DNA of 63,908 nt, filler included, from Barthelona sp. PAP020 (lineage: Eukaryota): the NCBI GenBank assembly GCA_040182905.1. It is 5 parts of 5 records of this genome, joined end to end, with 100 filler letters (N's around TTAATTAATTAA, not from the genome) between each part and the next. Parts side by side here need not be neighbours in the genome. Positions count along the whole stretch, not along the records: positions 51,998 to 63,908 come from JARQWU010000357.1; 4 more parts are not named here. One strand, given 5' to 3'. The notes under the pieces are model-generated. The model was not told the DNA's origin and did not search any database. It worked only from the letters and a program-made list of their open reading frames with translations. Positions 62,344-63,908 of the stretch are shown in pieces. The position numbers and the translations under genes were made by a program. Positions within the stretch are counted from its first letter, which is position 1. Every line of letters begins with the position of its first letter.

Positions 62344-63417
62344 ATGACATTTTCCCAACACTTACCAATGCAGAATCAAAAAAAAATGATCGTTTCATCG
62401 TTAATGACATTTTTATTGTTTACATTAGTTGTTTTCGCTTATGTAATTTTTGATCCTAGTTCATATCTAAATACAAAAGACGTTGCAACCGATCAAAAAT
62501 TTTCGAAATTTACTTTTGGCATTGTTGCTGATCAAGATGAGGATTCTTATCGTGAAGAATTAAAAGCATGGGCATCAGAGTATTTAAAAGGTACTTTGAC
62601 AGTTAAAAATAACACTTGGAGTGTTAATTTTGATGAAGATTATGTTTTATTGACAACAAAAACAAATGAAAAAGGTAGGGGTATGGAATTATCTGAATTA
62701 ATAAATTGGAATGGTAAACTTTACACATGCGATGATCGCACTGGAATAATTTTTGAAATTATTGATAACAAAGCATACAGACGATTTGTAACGAATGCTG
62801 GAGATGGTAATAACGAAAAAGGGTTCAAATGTGAGTGGTTAGCTGTGAAAGATAATCACTTGTATGTTGGAAGTATTGGAAAGTATTGGACATTTCCCAA
62901 CAATGACACTATTATTAACGATGGTCCTTTATGGATTAAAACCATATCTCCTAGTGGGGAGATTAAGTCTTTTAATTGGACTATGGAGTATAACTTATTG
63001 AGAGAAGCCACTGGCACAACAGGAACTGGATATTTAATTCATGAAGCCGGCATTTGGCATGAACCACATAAAAAATGGTATTTTTTACCGAGAAGAGTAT
63101 CTACTGAAAGATACAATGATGTTGATGATGAAAGAAGAGGTAGCAATGTCATTATTGAGGTAGACGAAAAGTTTAGTAATGCTAAAGCATTCAAGATTGG
63201 AGATTTAGATAATACAAGGGGTTTTTCCACCGCTAAGTTTATTCCTGGATACCCGGACATTTTAATGGCTGTTAAAAGTTATGAGGTCGATAATGTTACC
63301 AGATCATACTTTGTTTTGTTTGATGTCAAAACAAAGAAAGTTCTGATTCCCGAAACTCTAATAAAAGATGGTCTTAAATTTGAGGGTATTGAAATCGTCA
63401 AGGCTGAAGCTGAATAG
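62344..63417 (+). CDS. CANT1: Calcium-activated nucleotidase / apyrase (type II membrane)
   Basis: VADQD, GRGMELSEL, DDRTG, KGFK.EW.AVKD..LYVGS.GK, GYLIHEA, RGFS..KFIP, KFEGIE. Confidence 0.95.
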   Translation: MTFSQHLPMQNQKKMIVSSLMTFLLFTLVVFAYVIFDPSSYLNTKDVATDQKFSKFTFGIVADQDEDSYREELKAWASEYLKGTLTVKNNTWSVNFDEDYVLLTTKTNEKGRGMELSELINWNGKLYTCDDRTGIIFEIIDNKAYRRFVTNAGDGNNEKGFKCEWLAVKDNHLYVGSIGKYWTFPNNDTIINDGPLWIKTISPSGEIKSFNWTMEYNLLREATGTTGTGYLIHEAGIWHEPHKKWYFLPRRVSTERYNDVDDERRGSNVIIEVDEKFSNAKAFKIGDLDNTRGFSTAKFIPGYPDILMAVKSYEVDNVTRSYFVLFDVKTKKVLIPETLIKDGLKFEGIEIVKAEAE

Positions 63418-63908
63418 TCCTTTTGTGCTTTTTTTTTTGTTGAATTTTTAATAGTTTGGTTTTTATTTAAAGAATTTTGTTGATCTTTTGCAGATCAACC
63501 GATGTAAACATCTGGTGTTTTTTTGTTTTTCAGGTAATATTGCTAAGTTGAATTGGTTAAAAGTGTTCAGAGCAAAGAAGGCAGATTTCACCAGAAAGAC
63601 AAAAAAGACATTATTATTGGATTATTTTTGTACCTATGATATCAAAATTGAAAGTGAAATGACAGCAAAGAATCAAATGATTCATAATAAGAACGATACA
63701 AGTGTACAAAGTAGGTTAGCAAGGAATTACAAGGTTTCATTAATGAAACCCAGAGAAGAACAATCAAAATTTTATTGGTAGGAAGGAAAAACATTATTAA
63801 ACTTTTATTTAATCGCTCCATCCACACCTAAAGTATTTCTTCTTTTCTTTAAGAGTGTTCTGAACCATCCACGCAAAACGACTCAGTTGCAAGTACCCCC
63901 AAACTCTA

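Noticed and set aside
1..63908. Alternative genetic code
   Set aside because: Conserved genes end at TAA, TAG (AAA ATPase, apyrase) and TGA (CPSF1, Rab28, NOP58) and have no internal stops once introns are removed.

Overview
AT-rich, gene-dense eukaryotic nuclear DNA using the standard code (TAA, TAG and TGA all end genes). The window is not one locus: it is five contigs of about 12.8-13 kb, sorted by decreasing length and joined by artificial 100-nt N-TTAATTAATTAA-N spacers (12983-13082, 26011-26110, 38988-39087, 51898-51997). Adjacency across the spacers is meaningless. About 40 mostly intronless, divergent genes are present. RNA-processing, translation and protein-folding genes: CPSF1, SF3B3, UAP56, XRN, NOP58, UTP14, RPL29, eIF5, CCT2. 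Flagellum-associated genes: TPGS2, FAM228, CFAP119, Rab28, RJL, MAPK15, LRRC56. Also present are a Pam16-like organelle import protein, two bacterial-looking genes (K+ channel, DUF4392), a tRNA-Met and a candidate C/D snoRNA. Introns are rare, 5'-proximal and mostly tiny (33-42 nt), with the branch point close to the 3' splice site. Together this suggests a divergent flagellated protist, possibly a free-living metamonad (inference). The most interesting observations are: (1) an XRN that keeps its catalytic acidic residues but has lost its 5'-phosphate pocket; (2) a tandem double-Rpp20 protein; (3) a dispersed repeat family that may be a decayed SF2/RecQ-like helicase element; (4) identical outward-facing eIF5 starts at both ends of one contig; (5) a tRNA-Met with mixed initiator/elongator features and a bulged T-stem; (6) an unannotated snR61/U38-like snoRNA; (7) a P-loop-less kinesin; (8) a B-box inserted in an LCAT. 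All calls come from motif recognition by eye; no searches were run.
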